This document shows positions 19,480-22,104 of a stretch of 22,104 bases of DNA, in pieces. Within the stretch, counting starts at the first letter, position 1. Every line of letters starts with the position of its first letter. Position numbers and translations under genes: made by a program. This stretch comes from Candidatus Calditenuaceae archaeon HR02 (GTDB taxonomy: Archaea; Thermoproteota; Nitrososphaeria_A; Caldarchaeales; Calditenuaceae): contig BEHE01000023.1 in NCBI GenBank assembly GCA_002898395.1, forward strand, positions 1-22,104. The letters are read 5' to 3'. Below the pieces are notes generated by a model. It was not told the origin of the DNA, did not search any database, and worked only from the letters and a program-made list of their open reading frames with translations.

Positions 19480-19608
19480 AGCACTGCTAGGAGCATTCCC
19501 GACATTTAATAAGCATTTGGGCTCCAAGCAGCCGAAAAGCTGGGCTAAACGAAGAAACACCACCGACGAGATAAGTAAAAAAGTTTGGCTGAACACATTA
19601 ATTTACGA

Positions 19609-19724
19609 GCCGGGGTCCCATAGCGGCCATTGGGGCGGCCTCGAGATCATCAAACCAATGCTGGCCCGACGCGACAGCCGCTGCCCCTTGACGGGGCGCG
19701 TGGGTTCGAATCCCACCCCCGGCG
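19609..19724 (+). tRNA. tRNA-Ser(CGA) with a 30-nt intron at 37/38 (19646-19675)
   Basis: Acceptor GCCGGGG/CCCCGGC, anticodon arm GCGGC-CT-CGA-G|A-GCCGC, long variable arm GCCCC/GGGGC, T arm GTGGG-TTCGAAT-CCCAC, discriminator G. Confidence 0.93.
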
Positions 19725-19842
19725 CTATTTTCACAGCCTGAAAAAAGCTAGAATTGAGCTGTTTTCTGGCTAAAAGTTGCTAAAATTTCTGCTCAGTTTT
19801 TGCATTGGTAAGCTATTTTACTTCTAGGTTTGAACCCTCAAA

Positions 19843-19850
19843 TTTATATA
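19843..19850 (+). promoter_or_regulatory. TATA box for the 19880 gene
   Basis: TTTATATA ending 30 nt before the TTG start. Confidence 0.6.
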
Positions 19851-19879
19851 GGGGATGCGCATTCCTATCCTGATGCGAG

Positions 19880-21463
19880 TTGGCAAGGCTAAGCGATACG
19901 AGGAATAAAATACTCGGTCTGTTGAGCGACTGCAAGCCAAGGTCATTTAACGATATAGTAAAGGAGACAGGCTGTGATAAGAAAGCTGTTGAGGGCATGT
20001 TATACAGGCTATGGAGAGAAGGAGCGATTCTTCGAACAGATAAGCCTTTCATGGAAGCTCAGAGAATTTTTAAGGGAAGGGGAGGAGTTACTCATAACTT
20101 AAGAAAATATCACCTCTACATCCTCAAGCCAGAGGATAAAGATTCGATAGAATTTCAAGGAATGCATTTTGTTAAATTCAACAAAGAAATCGAAAAACGT
20201 TCTACAGAAAGTAAGGCAAACATACTTTATGAATTTCTTAAGAGGAATAAGGAAGGCGCTTTCTTCTCAAAAGAAATAGCTGAAGCCCTCAAAGATAAGG
20301 GAATCAATCCTCCTGATGTGATGACAAATATAAGAAGACTTGAGAGAAAAGGCTTGGTTTACGTGCGAGGATATAGAACAGGCTATGGAGAAACTCCCTT
20401 CAAAGAGGGATTTTTAATAACTTGGCTCGATTTATCAAAGCCTAGAGAGAAAGCGATAGAAGAGGCCATTCAAAGAACTGAAATCGCATTGGTTGAAAAG
20501 TCTAACTCAAGCCCGATAATGCAGAGGATTCATTTAATAAGAGATCAGATAATTGAAGCTTCGAAACTTAATGACTTAGTGAGCTTTGAATTCTTACAAA
20601 ATAAACTTGATTGCTCTGAATATGAACTCGAAACCGCTTTAAAGAGAGCAATGCAACTTTATCCTGAAATCAAAGAGGTTAAGCTCTTTAACAGATTCAG
20701 ATACGTCCACCATTCTTCGATGAGTGAGGAAGATTTTAAGAAAGTGCTTGAAAGAAAGGAGAATTATATTCGGGTAGTGAGTGGTAGAAGCAATAGACTA
20801 GGCCATAATTGGGAGGCATGCGTAGAATGGTTCATAGATAAATTCACTACAGGAGCACAATTTATGACTCAAGACCATAGAAACAAAAACATGGATAAGA
20901 GAAGGATTACTCTACATCTGATTAAAAGCGTTGGTGGAAGGATTGGTAAGGCAGAAGTTGATAGAGTCTGGACAGTTACGCCTAGCATATTCGCTCAACC
21001 TATTACTTATGTTTTAGAATGTAAGTGGGGATTAGTTAGTAAAAGAGACGTTGATGATTTTCTTGAAGTTTTGAAGTGGAGTAGCGATTTTGGTGTTAAT
21101 ACTCCTGAAGGAAGGCAGGTTAAGCAAGGAGTGATAGGAGTGTTCGCAGGCTCTGCATTTAATCCAAGAGAGAAAGTCAAGCTGAAGGATGAAACCATAG
21201 TGAATCTTCCAAGCTATGCAGCTAGAATGAACATTCAATTATTAAAGGCTGTTGACTTCAACCAAAAGTTAAGAGAAAGAGGATGCATGAAAGCCACTGT
21301 TCAAAAGATTTGCAAGTATGCTAAGGATGAGAATGAAGTTAGGGAAATTTTAGAAGCTATGTGGAAAGAGCCTGAGAAGGATGCAGAAATTTTGGCTGAA
21401 GTTGCTTCTAAGAACAGGGAAGTTTATGAGTTTGAAAAAGAACTAGAGAGAACAAAAGTCTAG
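19880..21463 (+). CDS. Multi-winged-helix protein with a C-terminal PD-(D/E)XK (Mrr-like) nuclease domain
   Basis: Three wHTH-like segments (ILGLL..SFNDIVKETG...LYRLWREG; LYEFL..FSKEIAEAL...IRRLERKGLV; SFEFLQNKL...LETAL), then LGHNWEACV, EVDRV, VLECKWG, DVDDF. Confidence 0.7.
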   Translation: MARLSDTRNKILGLLSDCKPRSFNDIVKETGCDKKAVEGMLYRLWREGAILRTDKPFMEAQRIFKGRGGVTHNLRKYHLYILKPEDKDSIEFQGMHFVKFNKEIEKRSTESKANILYEFLKRNKEGAFFSKEIAEALKDKGINPPDVMTNIRRLERKGLVYVRGYRTGYGETPFKEGFLITWLDLSKPREKAIEEAIQRTEIALVEKSNSSPIMQRIHLIRDQIIEASKLNDLVSFEFLQNKLDCSEYELETALKRAMQLYPEIKEVKLFNRFRYVHHSSMSEEDFKKVLERKENYIRVVSGRSNRLGHNWEACVEWFIDKFTTGAQFMTQDHRNKNMDKRRITLHLIKSVGGRIGKAEVDRVWTVTPSIFAQPITYVLECKWGLVSKRDVDDFLEVLKWSSDFGVNTPEGRQVKQGVIGVFAGSAFNPREKVKLKDETIVNLPSYAARMNIQLLKAVDFNQKLRERGCMKATVQKICKYAKDENEVREILEAMWKEPEKDAEILAEVASKNREVYEFEKELERTKV

Positions 21464-21478
21464 GAGGTTTGCATCCAT

Positions 21479-22104
21479 ATGATGGTGAGCTTCTCCTCCG
21501 ATTTTCCAGAGGAATATAACAAAAAATTCGAGATGATTATGAATCTTTATACAAACTTTGTTAGAGAAATAGCACAAAGGCTGGGAATATCCATCTTAAA
21601 CTTTCCTATACTGAGACCGCATAATAGAGTTATTGCTGTAGACAAAGACAATATACACGTGGTATTAAGTTTAAGGGATGTGACGCCTGGTTATAGGGAT
21701 GAAAAAATTAGAGACTTCAGGGATAGAATATTAAGTCCATCGTCATTGATTGAGGCATGTAAAAGGGAATTAGGTTATACCGAGGTTCATTATTTCTCGT
21801 TTCCTTCAGAATTTTTAGATCTTCCTGAAGAAGAATTAAAAAGAAGAATAAATGAAATAGCTGATAAAGAAGTATCCGAAGTTTACTCCTTGTTATCCTT
21901 GCTTGATCAAGCCGGTTTTGGTGAAGCTTTCGAATATCTCCGTAATGCTAAATTGAGGTTATATAGCGGTGAGCCTACAGGTTTTGCGGACTGTAAGACT
22001 AATTGCAGAAATGCCCTTATTTCAGCAATTAAGGCAATAACAGGTCAAGAGAATATCAGAGATGGAATTAAATTAATGGTTAAAGAAGGATATTTTGGTG
22101 AGAG
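21479..22104 (+). CDS. Partial CDS (runs off the window) with a probable HEPN/Abi_C-like helical domain
   Basis: Absent from the ORF track. AGGAGG at 21462-21467, then an open frame MMVSFSSDFPEEY...EAFEYLRNAKLRLYSGEPTGFADCKTNCRNALISAIKAITG...; the family call is by pattern only. Confidence 0.65.
   Translation, partial: MMVSFSSDFPEEYNKKFEMIMNLYTNFVREIAQRLGISILNFPILRPHNRVIAVDKDNIHVVLSLRDVTPGYRDEKIRDFRDRILSPSSLIEACKRELGYTEVHYFSFPSEFLDLPEEELKRRINEIADKEVSEVYSLLSLLDQAGFGEAFEYLRNAKLRLYSGEPTGFADCKTNCRNALISAIKAITGQENIRDGIKLMVKEGYFGE

Larger units (their letters stand above)
19725..22104. mobile_element. Start of an AT-rich genomic island at the 3' end of tRNA-Ser
   Basis: Abrupt composition change (hand counts: 37/60 GC in 17821-17880 versus 17/60 in 20161-20220) and nuclease-type genes. 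No integrase or second att site in the window. Confidence 0.6.

Noticed and set aside
19382-19741. 119-aa ORF, and the 19596 extended start of GH38
   Set aside because: The ORF overlaps tRNA-Ser and antisense GH38. The extension lies upstream of a good TATA box and is not GH38-like.
577-21238. Many short ORFs antisense to or nested in long genes
   Set aside because: Shadow ORFs of well-supported CDSs.

Overview
Archaeal DNA, probably TACK (Aigarchaeota/Bathyarchaeia-like), judged from TATA-box promoters, TTG/GTG starts, BHB-type tRNA introns and a Tat-anchored Thr-rich binding protein; the taxon is an inference. From left to right: (1) the 3' end of a CDS followed by a 135-nt rod-like RNA structure. 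Its symmetric internal loop matches a site about 75 bp downstream, so it is a candidate IS110/IS1111-like RNA-guided element end. (2) A P-type ATPase remnant, a V4R protein, an S1P-lyase-like PLP enzyme, a decayed cytochrome b gene and about 1.2 kb of degraded DNA. (3) A sugar-type ABC cluster with one frameshifted permease, divergent from a Zn-ADH and an LLM oxidoreductase. (4) tRNA-Arg(TCT) with two introns, a dead VapBC pair and an intact wHTH-MNT/HEPN pair. (5) A second sugar ABC cluster with a frameshifted binding protein, convergent with a GH38 alpha-mannosidase. (6) Intron-containing tRNA-Ser(CGA), followed by an AT-rich island that encodes a triple-wHTH + PD-(D/E)XK nuclease and a partial HEPN/Abi_C-like protein, a candidate defence system.
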